NCBI GenBank assembly: GCA_012026655.1
Contig: JAAILG010001424.1
Coordinates: 1-64,000 of the forward strand
From: Hydrolagus affinis
Lineage: Eukaryota
DNA length: 64,000 bases
Direction of reading: 5' to 3'
Under the pieces are notes generated by a model, which did no database searches, had not been told where the DNA came from, and worked only from the letters and a program-made list of their open reading frames with translations. Each line of letters opens with the position of its first letter. Position 1 is the stretch's first letter. Both the position numbers and the translations under genes were made by a program. This document shows, in pieces, positions 10,900 to 23,334 of the stretch.

Positions 10900-11345
10900 A
10901 AGCCAGTCCAGAACCTTGGTGTCTTGTTCATCCCATGTGTGTTTCTACCTCAAATCTGTGCTATGACCTGCTCTGCCTTCCCCCACCTCTGGAACATTGC
11001 CGACCACCATCTGACAACACAGGCCGCAAAACTCTCATGCATGCATAAAATCCAGGCTTAACTATGCAAATTCCTTGCTTATCGGGCTCCCCAATTCCTC
11101 CATCCACAGGCTGCAGATCATCCAGAAATTACTCTGCTGCGCATGCTTTCCTGCCATAAACTGTGACAATATCAGCCCCATCCTTGCCTCCATGACCTCG
11201 CGACCCACTACCTCTACAACCACCCATGCTCTCCACCCTCCCCAATCCTGACTCCCAGCTTAGATCCAAAATACAGTTTATCCGGTGCCTTGGGACATCC
11301 TCCTGACATTAAAGGCCTAACAAATATAACTTTGATGTTGTTATT
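10900..11345 (+). mobile_element. L2 LINE 3' fragment
   Basis: Degenerate ORF2 end and 3' motif gtgccttgggacatcctcctgacattaaaggc...gttgttattgttg. Confidence 0.7.
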
Positions 11346-11833
11346 GTTGCATTAACTCCATGGACTGGCCATCCTAGTTATCTACCAGCCACCTGAACTG
11401 TTAGAAGTACTTGTACTGCCTCACCAGAAAACTGAAAATCTTGAGCATGATTTGAGAGGATCTAAGTTCAAATGATTTAACAAAGTGGTCCAACATTCTT
11501 TAATTTTAGCTATCCACTGCTTGACTGACCTTGAGTGCACGGATCCCATTGGCCTAATGAGTTGAATTCATAGTACCAGAATGCCCTCTTCCATTACAGA
11601 GATTTTCAATTTGGAAGAACCCATATGTAAATATGTGAAGGTCATTAATTTGGATCTTATCTTAGAACAGAAGGCATCATTGATTGCAATAATAGCTCTT
11701 CACCTCAACACTGGAGACTTACCCAAGTCATTCAATTGATACACTTCTGTAGGAAACAACTCACATCTGTCTGGATAGTCTGATTGCTACTCTATATTCT
11801 ATCGAGCACTCTTTCTAATATGGATGAAATTAC

Positions 11834-11953
11834 CTGAAAATTGATCATTCGGATTGGTAGTCTCTTCGGTGTTAGCTAAATGGATTTCTTCCTTTTTAGC
11901 TCTAATGAGTTTCAAGACTGTTTCACCAGTTGTTCTTCCACTCTCCAGCAAAT
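11834..11953 (-). CDS. CFAP46: CFAP46 exon 51
   Basis: CTTTTAG| NLLESGRTTGETVLKLIRAKKEE... |GTAATT, phase 1-1. Confidence 0.85.
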
Positions 11954-12219
11954 CTAAAAGAAACAATGGTCTACTTACTTCAAGTATATATACACTCTGA
12001 TTTAATAATTAATGCAATTATTTTAAGAAAAAAGTTCTAGCTTTAGTTAAGTTTAAATTTTTATTTCCTACTGCGTATAAACTAAAATGTACATCCGGAC
12101 AGGATTTTCCAGTTTTGATAATCTGTCCTTTGCTTCAAATAATTTTTTAGCTTTTCTATATTTCCTTTTTTTTGTATTCTTACTTTTTTGGAAGTTTAAA
12201 CTCTTAGAATTCAAAATCT

Positions 12220-12620
12220 TGTCCTCACTTTCAAGGTGCTCCATCACCTTGCCTCTCCTATCTCTCTGATTTGCTGACCCCCTATCAGCCTGTCCTTTCC
12301 CTCTGTTCTGCAGATTCCGGCCTACTCCATGTCTCCCACCTGACCCACCCTATAAATGGTGGCCAGGCTTTCAGTCTCATTGCCCCCATCGTTTAGATCT
12401 CCATTCCACAATCCCTTTACATTGCTGCCTCACCTCCTTCAAGACACAACTCAAGACCCTTCTTTTTGATCGTGCCTTCAACCGTCTACCTACCTCTCTG
12501 CCCTCCCTCATCTCAACCCTGTCCCCTCACTATGCATAAGTCCTATTCCCCAGCTATTCAGCACTTTGGGATGTCCTCGTGATATGAAAGGCACTTTACA
12601 AATGTAATTTTGTTGTTGTT
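12220..12620 (+). mobile_element. L2 LINE 3' fragment
   Basis: ORF2 end plus gcactttgggatgtcctcgtgatatgaaaggcac...(TTG)n tail. Confidence 0.8.
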
Positions 12621-12679
12621 TCACGATCTTCCACACCATCTATTTTGATGATGAAAACAACTAAACTGAAAACTTTACT

Positions 12680-12830
12680 AAAAACAGAAGATGCTGGGAA
12701 CACTGAGCAAGTGAGGCAGTATCTATGGAAAAGTTTCAGATTTCCAGCTTCTGCATTATTCTGCATTTTTGTCTATGGAGAGGAAAGTGAGTTAATGTTT
12801 CAGGTCAATGGTTTTTAGTCAGAACTGGGG
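12680..12830 (-). mobile_element. Penelope-like element remnant with degenerate hammerhead
   Basis: aaaacagaagatgctgggaacactgagc...gttaatgtttcaggtc...tcagaact, homologous to 14309-14474 and 43597-43697. Confidence 0.6.
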
Positions 12831-13287
12831 GATGTTAGAAGGGAGCAGCTTGTAAGGACAAACAGAGAAGGGAGCACGAAAAATTAGGTGGAGGATTGTA
12901 GATGATGAGATGTGTTGATGGTGCAAGACAAAAGGAGGCAATAGTGGCAGATTATAGAAAGAACCGATGTGTCTGAGACCCAGACGATGTGTGAATGTTT
13001 ATAGAAGAGGAGGGAGACAAGGTTGAGAGAAGATGAAAGTTGTATTTTTGGTCTTAAGTGGTTCAAATCAATCTTGAGGCCAAAAATCCTTTAACTTTGG
13101 AACTTCCTCCCTCTAGCTTGGGCTCAACCATTGTTAAGCGCTCTGAGATGCCGCATGGCGTTTAGGGCTTTATAAATACAAGTTGTTGTTGTTAAGGTAT
13201 CTAGGAAAATGGATGAGATGCTGTTCTTTGAGCTTGCATTATGCTTCATTGGAACAATGTAGGAGGTCAGAATTAAAGTGGCATCAG

Positions 13288-13590
13288 ACAACAACAATGT
13301 TGAGCGCCTTTCAAGTCGGGAGGTGCTGAACAGTCAGTAGATAGGACACAAGCATGGGGGTGGAGGGAGGGCAGGGTTGAGATGAGGGTAGAGGTAGGAT
13401 AATGGCAGAAGGCACAGTCGAAAAGGAGGGTCTTGAGTCCGGCCTTGAAGGAGGCAAGGGGAAGAGCACGTCGATCCAAAGCGTGGGTGCAGAGAGGCTG
13501 AAAGCCCGGCCGCTGATGGTAAGGTTGGTGGGGCGAGAGACATGGAGCAGGCTGGAGCCTACTGAATGGAGCAAGCAAACAGGTTTATAT
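13288..13590 (-). mobile_element. L2 LINE 3' fragment
   Basis: (CAA)n tail and ORF ...ISGRAFSLSAPTLW... Confidence 0.8.
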
Positions 13591-14075
13591 GAGGGAGGTG
13601 AGAGACCAAAAGCATTATAAACCCGAGGTATTCCAGGTGAGAGTAGAGGTGAGAGTATTGTTCAAGAAAAATCGGTCTTATGTTGAGTAAATCCAAAACA
13701 TGGAAAAATTTTAATCCTGACCATTATTCATTTGTTCCACTACTGTTAATTTGAAATATATAGAATATAAAAAGTTTAGGATGTAACTGTCTCACATATT
13801 TTCTGCATGTTCTTTACATTGTTCTATGAATAAATTTCAAATCCATTCTACACATAATCTGTACATTTTAAGAGACGTGTTCAGTATTACAGAACCATAA
13901 TTCTCCTGATATTTATGTTCTACTATTTTCACCCAGAATGATGCACTTAATTTGAATTTCCTTTTATAAGAGAAGGCTAACATGCATTTCTTTCTGAGAT
14001 CCAAAACTTTTTTGTTCCTCAGTAAGAAGGTCACCTCACTATAGTTATTATTTGAACATTGAAATACCTACTTAC

Positions 14076-14212
14076 TTGCTAATATCAGTGTTAACCTCAT
14101 GGCATTGTTTTCAAGTGTGCTGTTCCACTGGTTGGCCATAATGGAACGAACTCCAGTTAAGCTCAAGATCATTATTGTTTCCAATTGTTGCTCAATTGAC
14201 AACTCTAACTCA
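14076..14212 (-). CDS. CFAP46: CFAP46 exon 50
   Basis: ELELSIEQQLETIMILSLTGVRSIMANQWNSTLENNAMRL; phase 2-1; GTAAGT donor. Confidence 0.92.
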
Positions 14213-14308
14213 CTGAAAATCAAAAGAAATGAATAAGAAGTTTGTTATAGTGCCTCATCACATCTTCAAGATGTCTCAAAAGCGTTTCACAGAATATACT
14301 GCAATATA

Positions 14309-14474
14309 AAACAAAAACAGAAATCGCTGGGAACACTCAACAGGTCAGGCAGCATCTATGGAGAAAGGAAAAGTGAGTTAATGTATCAGGTCCACGACCC
14401 TTCATCAGAACTGAGTTCCCAGCGATTTCTGTTTTTGTTTCAGTTTCCAGCATCTGCATTATTTTGCATTTTTG
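14309..14474 (-). mobile_element. Penelope-like remnant with inverted terminal segment and hammerhead motif
   Basis: About 14309-14334 is inverted at about 14415-14440; flanked by 14-bp direct repeat tatactgcaatata. Confidence 0.7.
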
Positions 14475-14486
14475 TATACTGCAATA

Positions 14487-14828
14487 TAGGCTCCGGCGAT
14501 ATATCGATATATCGGTTATATCCGATATAATTTTCATATCGATATGCCGATATCGGAATTTAAAATATATCGATATATCGAAAAATTCGATTTGTAAAAA
14601 AAAAGATATATCGCAAATATCGGTATATCGTGTCCGGTGATATATCGATATATATCGGTATAATGTGGACTTTTTGAACTTACCTTGTCGATATCCGAAT
14701 GCGCGAGTACACCGGAATGCACGCGCATGCGCAGGACAAAAAAAAACGCGATATCGATATATCAGTATATATCGATATGGGCAAACCGATATATCGATAT
14801 CGGAAAATTTCGATATCGACGGAACCTA
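14487..14828. mobile_element. hAT-type CGATAT MITE, copy 2
   Basis: TIRs TAGGCTCCGGCGATAT / ATATCGACGGAACCTA; TSD ctgcaata/ctgcaatg. Confidence 0.9.
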
Positions 14829-15207
14829 CTGCAATGTAAATTGGTTGTACATTTAGTGGGTGAAATACGGCAGCGAATTACAGACAGTGGTGTCCCACAA
14901 ACAGTGAAATTAAATTCCTTTAATGAAAGAACAACATTAGCTATGAAAATGATTAAATATTTACTTAGTAAATAGTCTTATTTACTAGTGGACAGTGCAC
15001 AGGCTCTTGTTCTCTTTCAATACAAATGAGAATTCACAATATGCTTTTGATGGACATTTCCTAAGTACTTGGTGAGATTGGTACATATAAACATGAGTCA
15101 TTGCTCTATGCAAGGAATTGGTATATACCTCTGATAGTGGTCATAATGAAGTCCAGCAGACCTGAAGGCTCCTCCCTTCTGAGTCCCAAATATCATTTTT
15201 TAATTTA

Positions 15208-15560
15208 ACAACCACAACAAACTTACATTTCTATAGTGCCTTTCACTTCGGGAGTATATCCCAAGGCGCAGGACAGAAAGTACTCCGGATCTGAGCTGGG
15301 AGTAGGGATTGGGGAGGGTGGAGGGTAGGGGGGTGATGGAGGTTAATCGAAAGCATGGTCAAAGAGGAGGGCCTTGATGTGGGTCTTGAAGGAGGCAAGG
15401 GATGGAGCAAGGTGGAGGGACTGCAGGATGGAGTTCCAAAAGGTAGGCAGAATACCTGAAGACCTGCCTGACAATGGTGGTGTAGGGGGACGTGAAGTAG
15501 GCCAAGCGGAGGGAGCATGTCTGTATGAGGTGTAATAGGTACTGCCCACAAGCCCACGTG
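15208..15560 (-). mobile_element. L2 LINE 3' fragment
   Basis: (CAA) tail; ORF ...FWNSILQSLHLAPSLASFKTHIKALLFDHAF. Confidence 0.8.
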
Positions 15561-15655
15561 CCTCTATACAAGTTCAAATTCCATGTTCATGTCAAAAGTC
15601 TTTAGATGTTTGACAGGTTTATCCCACTAAAATGTTAAACTGCATCAGGAGTTAC

Positions 15656-15737
15656 CTTTTATCCACGTCCTCCATTGATTGCCGTAAGGTACTCTGACTG
15701 GTTTGAACTAGATCTAAAATAATTACTAACTGGCAAT
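15656..15737 (-). CDS. CFAP46: CFAP46 exon 49
   Basis: DCQLVIILDLVQTSQSTLRQSMEDVDK; phase 1-2. Confidence 0.9.
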
Positions 15738-17602
15738 CTGTATAGGGTAAAGCAAAAACATCATTACTTATAATTGCAAAATACTGTACTGCAGATGCTG
15801 GATTTACATAATTACTTATGATAGTTCACAATGAGTTCAGGATCTCCTCTCAGAAGCACTGAAGGTGACACATTGACCGAACAGTTACCCTTTAAGTCAC
15901 AAACCTACCAGCATTTATTCTTCAAGAATGTTTCAAATTAATAGTACTTTAATCATAAATGCAATTGATACAATGTGGTGCCTTATTACGTTGTCAAAAC
16001 ACATCAAAAAAGGGCTTCACAAGATATACTGTGAAGTGGACTGATTGCATTTTGTGGGTGAAACATGTTGATTCTTTTAGGCAATGAGCTACTTTGGGTG
16101 CAGGATTCTCACCTGTCCTGCTTAATTTATAAGGGCCAGTAACTAAGCCTCCATCATTGGAAGGCTGAGATTTTCTTCCAATAGCTAGCTGCATAGGCTT
16201 CATCTACGTTTATTACACTCCAAGCGTTTTCTGCCTGTTTCGCTCAGACAGTCCAGAGCATCATCTTGGTGTATATACGGCTGACAGATTTTAATATAAT
16301 TTTGTTGTTGATTTTCTTGTTGTTTTACATTCAATATGTTAGTTGTAATGGAGGAATTCCATTTTTTTCAAGCTCTTCTGGCGGTCACATTGGATGATTC
16401 TATACTTGGTTTGTTAATCACATGGTAAATTGGTGAGGAAAATTGACTGCTGGTTGGAACTCCTTCTCTAATAGCCCCTTCGTTTTTGTCATTTTGCCAG
16501 GCATGAAATCAAAAGAAGTTCTTTATAGCTGTTCTACTTCCTGAACATACTGAACAATCAGTGAAACAAAACTATTGATTTCTTTCACAAGAAAAATATA
16601 CTTTCTGTTTGGGAATTGCTCAGTACACATCCTCAAGCTGTAATTGTAGGAACTCACATGAGAGATCACACTGCCTGCTAGCTACATAACCTTTACTGCT
16701 TAAAATTATTCATTACAAAAATACATTTAGCAAACTTTACTGTGAATTTCAGTGCCATGTGAAATACGTTCAACATTACTACAGTCCTCTGGTTAGACAA
16801 ATGTATAATCCCTTAGTGTATTCCCAGGCTTCTTAATTCAAAGATATAAATACACAGAAAACTGACATTTCAGGGACACTGTGTATCTTTATAAATTGCT
16901 AAAGGGAACCTAAGATATTATCTGAAATGTGAACTATATAATATATAGCAAACAATGGCTGGTTTCACTTCCCCTCGCTGCTCTGCTACCTCCTTGGTAA
17001 TAAGAGTTTTCTAGCGATTCTAATGGTTTTGAAACTGCCCCCATCGTGCTCAACTTCAAAACAAAAACATCTCAAAACAAAAACTGTCTCATTTCTACAG
17101 TCATGTACAGTTACTACATGACTAGTAATGTTGAACATATTCATTGATTTTTGAACTATGCCTTTGGCCACTTTTCCTTATCCTTCAGCTGCCCCCCAAT
17201 CACCCAACACCAATGAATTCCCATTGTTCAACAGCTTGTTTTTGTTTACATATATAGGTTTCATCATTTTTAAATACAAAATGGTTGACAGGTCACCATA
17301 AATGTCACTTCCTGCACACTGCACAGCTGAGCAGTGCATAGAAAGTGATGCTTCCTATGGCACTTTTACAACAGAGACATCCACCATTCTTGTAGTCAAA
17401 AAGATCACTGAAGGGCAACTTATTTATATCCATGGCTGTCCAATATTTTATACAACTATTTGAAAATTGAACTTTAATAATACCTTCAGGTATTAATTAA
17501 ATTAAAGCAGAATTAAATATTTCAGAAAATATATCAATCTGATAATCACAATCATCATCAAAAAAGTAAATGTACAATCATTTGCAATATGAAAACTTAT
17601 AC

Positions 17603-17715
17603 CTTGAAGATTCATGCAAATTAACTTTGATGGCAACATATTTGCGAGAAAGCGTTCTGTCCCATAAAAGATAAATGCTTTGCAGCTGCTCAGCTGTTGT
17701 TCCCAATCTGCATGA
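17603..17715 (-). CDS. CFAP46: CFAP46 exon 48
   Basis: HADWEQQLSSCKAFIFYGTERFLANMLPSKLICMNLQ; phase 2-1. Confidence 0.92.
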
Positions 17716-18356
17716 CTGTGAAAGTAGAGAATAAATTCTTTACAATTTAAAAAAAAATCCCCCAAATGATTTGATGATAAATGATATTTGCTGCATCTTT
17801 ACTACTGAGTTACTACTGACAAGTATATTCACTGTATTTGTGGGCAAATAAAGCGCCAATTTGTACATATTGAGTTCCAACAGTAAAACAGCCTGAAGTA
17901 AATGACCAATCTATTTGAGTGAGTGTTAGCCAGGACACTAGGAAAAGCACCCTTCTTTTTTGAATAAAATATTTTTTTGCATTAACCCAAACAGTTAATT
18001 AGGACCTTGGTTTTAATGTCCGTTTTTTCAAACATACATCCAAATGCAAAAGTACAAATCTTTACTTGTCTTATAAATTCCTCTTCAGCAGCAATTTGTT
18101 TAATACACTTTTTAATCCAAGATTTTATTGATTTAAAACAAGTGTGATATTGTAACAACTATAAGGATTGGGTTTGAAAATGAATGCTTGAAACCACCTT
18201 CCTTACACATCGCAGACACATTGCCAATAACGAGCAGAATTAAGCTGCATCCTCTGAAGATGCAATTGAACAAGTCTTCAGGAAGTTTACCTTTACTATT
18301 TATATTTTGCCAAATTTTAAAATGTCCCCACCCCTCAAGGAAAACGACAATACAAC

Positions 18357-18459
18357 CTTGGTATGTGGTCACTGCCCATAATACCATGCCATTGACTTGT
18401 AAAGAGAGTCTGGTATTGTTCCTTCAATTCTGTCATTATTTTTATCGGGTTGAAGAATT
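18357..18459 (-). CDS. CFAP46: CFAP46 exon 47
   Basis: EFFNPIKIMTELKEQYQTLFTSQWHGIMGSDHIP; phase 1-2. Confidence 0.9.
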
Positions 18460-19046
18460 CTGAAAAATAAAAGATCATGAATTCAACTCAATTATTTACC
18501 CAACAGTAAAACAATGTTTGATTTTTAATTGTGCTTTTAATATTTAATTTGGAATTAATGTTAAAGTGATAAAGTTATTACATTTGAATAGCTTTACTAC
18601 TTTAATATGAATTTAATTAAATAAATGTCCTGAAAATGTGCAGAATTGATCTGCCCATCAAAGCACTTAGAATAACCCTAAAAATTATAAGCCTAGAGTA
18701 TTAATGCAATTAAAATGAATTAGTACTGATTAGTACGGATCATCAAAAGTCTGTACATTTCGAATATCTTTTATGAGTAATGATACACATTTGTTTTTGT
18801 TTGATAATGCGCCACTTGAGAAAAACAATTTCTATATTTCAGTTTCTAATCACTTTAACAGCAAATGTTATGAATAACATATCAGTTGAACCTAGTTTCA
18901 GTACCTTCAATCCCCAAAACTAATACAAGTTTAGTTAATAAATTTATACAATATAACTGAGAAACACAAATCTAACATGAAGGTCTAAAGATGTTTTTGA
19001 ACTTGACATATGCAAATAAAATGCAAAAATATCTTGATTTTCTTAC

Positions 19047-19082
19047 CCGAGTCTTTGGCTGTATCATAAGGTTCTACGATAT
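19047..19082 (-). CDS. CFAP46: CFAP46 exon 46 (36 nt)
   Basis: YIVEPYDTAKDS; phase 1-1; GTAAGA donor. Confidence 0.85.
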
Positions 19083-19655
19083 CTGACAAATTCAGTTAAG
19101 ATGTATATGGTGTGGTTAAGTTTTTAATATACAAACCAAACCTAAACTTATTGAGTGATGACCAACCACCAACAATGCCTTACCAGCCATGTCTCCTTGC
19201 AATCAAATTCTCTCTCCCAACATAAGAATATATTTCTGATAAGGTATTGATTTTACTGACTTCCAAAAAGGTGCTGAGCTGAATAGGCCTTCTGTGATTC
19301 AGGAACTACCTTCCAGTTTCCATCTACTACTTACTGGGGTTTTCAGATTGCAAATGCTGTTGCTATTCAACTAATTATACCATTTAAAATAATTATAATT
19401 AAGATCATCACAGGAAAGTAAATTGGTCAGATGCTTGAACTTTTAACATTTTAAGTCATGTAAATTTTGGGTGCACTTTTAGTTTATCCCAATAAATCAA
19501 ACAGGACAATTAAAATTTACAATTTACAGCCAGAGAGTTAAAACACAAATTCCAGGAATCTGAATATGGATTTAAGAAACATTCTCTTTTTGTCAATGGA
19601 AGATTGTTTTGAGGCAACTATTTAGTAACTTCAATTCCATACATTAGAAGGATAC
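19083..19655 (-). other. GT-AG U12-type (minor spliceosome) intron of CFAP46
   Basis: Donor GTATCCTTC; branch-like ATCTTAAC at 19095-19102, 13-14 nt before the AG; no pyrimidine tract. Confidence 0.8.
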
Positions 19656-19713
19656 ATTTGAATTTATTAGTATCTATTGGAAAGCAGCATGGTGGTACAA
19701 CACGATCAAGTGC
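19656..19713 (-). CDS. CFAP46: CFAP46 exon 45
   Basis: ALDRVVPPCCFPIDTNKFK; phase 0-1. Confidence 0.85.
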
Positions 19714-20709
19714 CTATAATTCAAACATACAGAAAAGGTTATATAGAGGAACAGTCAAAAATGATTCAAATAATGTTTTAGTAAACAACAACAAAATTAC
19801 ATTTGTATAGTGCCTTTCACATAACTCCAGGTACTGAGCTTTTCATTTACTTTTTAACTATTTTGTACAGTATCTTATAAATTAATTCACCAAAAAAATA
19901 TAGCCATTTTACTTTAAGGTATATCCTATGAAGTGCTTTGGGGCCTCCTCCTGATGTAAAAGGGCCGTATGCCAAAAGTAAGGATTATTTATTATTGAAA
20001 ATAACAATTAAGTGGGACAGGAAGACAATAGTTAATACTTACTGTATTATCAATAACAACTAATTGCATTCATATAGCGCCCTTTATGGGGGTAGCATTT
20101 TAGAGCGCTTAACAGTGGAAACCTTGACATAGAATCAGGGAGAGAGGAAAGTCTTCAGGTGTGATCTGAAGAAGGGGAAGGAGGAGGCATAGTGATTTGA
20201 GGAAGAGGGTTCCATAATTTCTGGACATAGTGGCTGAAAGCATAATCAACATCAGGATGACTTTCCTAAACTTCTGATATCCTGAACCAATCTTTGAACA
20301 AAGAAATCTTACAGCTTATTTCATCCCTGGTAGTTAACGAAGTGTACCTACTCAAGAGTCGGTAGAAGCCATTATTGAAGATACAGATTCTGTATTGGCC
20401 AGAACAGAGCATCTTTTTTCTTAATAAAAAGCTCAACATCAGCTGACACCACAGACTACAAGAGAACCCTGTTAAAACATGGACATTTGATAATCTGGAC
20501 ACTTTCATTTACACCTGAAAGTGAATGGGTAGAAGATAATATTCTTGCAACCATCATTGAGACATCCTGGATATGTTTTACATACCTAGTGACTTCACAG
20601 CTTTCGATTAAAAAAAAGTAACAAACTCTGTTTTGTGTATACAGAATCAAATGTCACAGAGATAGTTTCTTATTTCAGTATCCAGAACAAATAGGGAATG
20701 GTAGTTTAC

Positions 20710-20771
20710 CAATTTCTGTTTCTTCTTCTGTTTTTCTCTTGTTTTGGGGGATTTTTTCACCTCGACTTCTT
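20710..20771 (-). CDS. CFAP46: CFAP46 exon 44
   Basis: TCCTGCAG| EEVEVKKSPKTREKQKKKQKL |GTAAAC; phase 1-0. Confidence 0.8.
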
Positions 20772-22126
20772 CTGCAGGACAGAAACAATTGAAATCTTTA
20801 AGGGAAGAAAATGCCTAAAGAAATCCATAAGTATAAATCTGAAAGAAAGTGTAACACTCTGTTTTGCGGGGAATACATTACAATAAGATCTATGTGTTCT
20901 ATTATCTACTAGATTTTTAAAAATTACATTTTGTTCAGCCATTTCTCTCTTCAATATGTTTTCTCACATTCCACATAACATAATCTGTCTAACATAATCT
21001 CTGTAACTTCTATCCCTCATTGCTCCATTACAATGCCATTTCAACCTCATAACCTGCAATCATGGCTCAAAATTGATGCCAGGTTTGGTGTTTATTGCCC
21101 ATTTTTAGGCAGAAATTGGGTCCACACTGCAGGAAGTTACTCAGATCTGTACCTGATTTAGTATTTTCTGCTGCTAACCATTGCCCTCTTGTGTTGGTGA
21201 AATTCATAACATTTTAAACATTATGTGGTGAAGTCTACTAACTGTTTTAGACGTTTCGCTTTCCATCCAAATTTGTGCAATAATAATTCTTGCATTTGAT
21301 ACAGCACCTTATCACATCATTGAGATATCTCAAAGATTCACAAAATATACTGTAAAGTGAATTAACTGTCTATTTTGTGGGCGAAACTCAATAGCCAATC
21401 ACATACAGCAGTGTCCACAGGATTCTTTCCTTCAGTTATTAGATTTAATTGTACGGTTACAAAATAAAGAATGAACTCCTGTTGCTGTTTGTTTATTGAC
21501 TTCTAAGCCTCTTGTTTCATTCTTTTTGGATTTTTGGGTCAATTTATGTGCAAGTGCGTAGCTAAAACTTTTCTCTGTAAAATAATGATTAGAAAACATT
21601 TTTAATTTCAAATATACTTTACCTGGCAAATACAGATTGACCAATAGGTCATGATATCTACCCTATTATCTAAAATATCACAATTTGTTTAAAACTTATT
21701 AGAAATCGTAATGGTATCACAACTTTTTGGTCACCCTGTATAACAAGTACACTCCAGTTTAGATACCCAACAAGCACTAAATTGGAGGACATTAGGTCCT
21801 CCAATTTAAGTTATTAAAAAAGTAATAGCTTTTTCCTGTCATAGATTCTGAATCGATATTCCTATCCTCATAGAATTACATAGAATAGGATGGCACAAAC
21901 ATAGACCATACTGCCTATCTAAAAATGAAAGTTACCACATTTGTAACACATACAGAAATGTCACCAGTATAAGGAGTAAAATAATACAAAAATAATTTGA
22001 ATAAGAAAACAAAATGAATGTTAACAATAATCAATTATAATATCTAAGTACGTGTATAGCATAAATTACAAAGTCCAGTAATTGCAATTCAAATAATTAC
22101 AGATCAATTCATTGTTCTGAATACAT

Positions 22127-22570
22127 CAACAACAACAACAAAATAACATTTGTATAGCGCCTTTCATGTTGGGAGGATGTCCTAAGGCACTGGACAGTCA
22201 GTGTTTCAGACCCGAGATGGGATCGGGATCAGGGAGGGTGGAGGGATGGGAGGTGAGGAGGGGACCGATGGGACCGTCAAAGTGGAGGGTCTTAAGGCAG
22301 GATGAAGGAGACTAGGAACGGGGCATGTTGGGATTGCATGATAAAATTCCAGAGGTAGGGAGCAGTGTGGCTGAAGGCTTGCCTGCCTATGGTAGAGCGG
22401 ATGGGTAGGGGGACATGGTGCAGGCCAGAGCACAATGAGCGGAGGGAGTGAACAGGTTGTTAGGGAGTTTGGGGGTCACAGAGGTAAGGTGGGGTAAAAC
22501 CATGGAGGAATTTAAAGGTGAGGAACAGGATCTTGAATTGAATCCTCTGAATGATGGGGAGCCAATAGAG
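22127..22570 (-). mobile_element. L2 LINE 3' fragment
   Basis: (CAA)n tail, tagcgcctttcatgttgggaggatgtcc, ORF2 remnants. Confidence 0.8.
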
Positions 22571-22632
22571 ATTGTTCATCGTTTTCTTTAACTAAGAAGA
22601 AAGGTTAATCTATTTATTCATTTACTGATTAC

Positions 22633-22797
22633 CTGGCATAGCTCTGTGAAAACGATTGTATAGAAACTGCAACGAGAAGTCTCGTGACACAGAAGTAATT
22701 TCATTCGTTTGAAGAAACCTTAGTGTTTCTAATGGCAGCTCCAACAATAAATTGTCGGGTAACAGAATTATACATTCTCCTCCAGCTCCAGGGGTAT
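22633..22797 (-). CDS. CFAP46: CFAP46 exon 43
   Basis: DTPGAGGECIILLPDNLLLELPLETLRFLQTNEITSVSRDFSLQFLYNR; conserved SRDFSLQ motif; phase 1-1. Confidence 0.95.
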
Positions 22798-23020
22798 CTT
22801 TAGGAACATACAAGTTTGATTAAAAATGTCAGTTGTTATTTCACAATATTAAATGCAGCAACTCATACAGCACCCTTGCCCTGTCAAAATACAATCTGAT
22901 TGAATAATCAACAAAACATTCTACTTTGACTGGCACTAAAGGTTAAACTCACACATTAACCGTTATGATTGAAAAAAAGGTTCAAAGGGTCCAGGGGCAT
23001 GAAATACATTTTAAGTACTG

Positions 23021-23334
23021 TAATAATAATTATTCTTACATTTGATATACTGCTTTTCATGTCTTCGAGAAGCCTCAAAGCGCTTCACAGAATATACCGT
23101 AAAGTGAATTGATTGTATATATTTGTGGGCAAAATGTGGCAGCCAATCAGGCACAGAAGTATCCCACAAACGATCGTGGATTGAGTGACCAAATTATTAT
23201 TGTTTTTTTTCTTGAGTAATTATTATCAGGCTTGTGGAGTAAGGAAACTTGCCCAAGGTTTCACCCTATCAGGAATCGAACCCAGGTCTCTGTCTTGCAT
23301 GGCGAGTGCTCTAACCATTGAGCAATAGGACTCC
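23021..23334 (-). mobile_element. Full-length tRNA-derived SINE (family A)
   Basis: Head GGAGTCCTATTGCTCAATGGTTAGAGC with A and B boxes; (TAA)n tail. Confidence 0.9.

Larger units (their letters stand above)
14235..14905 (-). mobile_element. SINE family A split by two nested insertions
   Basis: SINE body stops at about 14306 and resumes at 14829. Confidence 0.75.

Noticed and set aside
21432-21574. Exon-like K-rich ORF (EKSFSYALAHKLTQKSKKNE...) with a phase-1 acceptor
   Set aside because: No good donor; the T|GTAACC donor would create TAA with exon 44; neighbouring exons join without it
23260-23334. tRNA-like sequences with A and B boxes (also near 36300, 38760, 44430, 61110)
   Set aside because: SINE heads attached to SINE bodies, not tRNA genes
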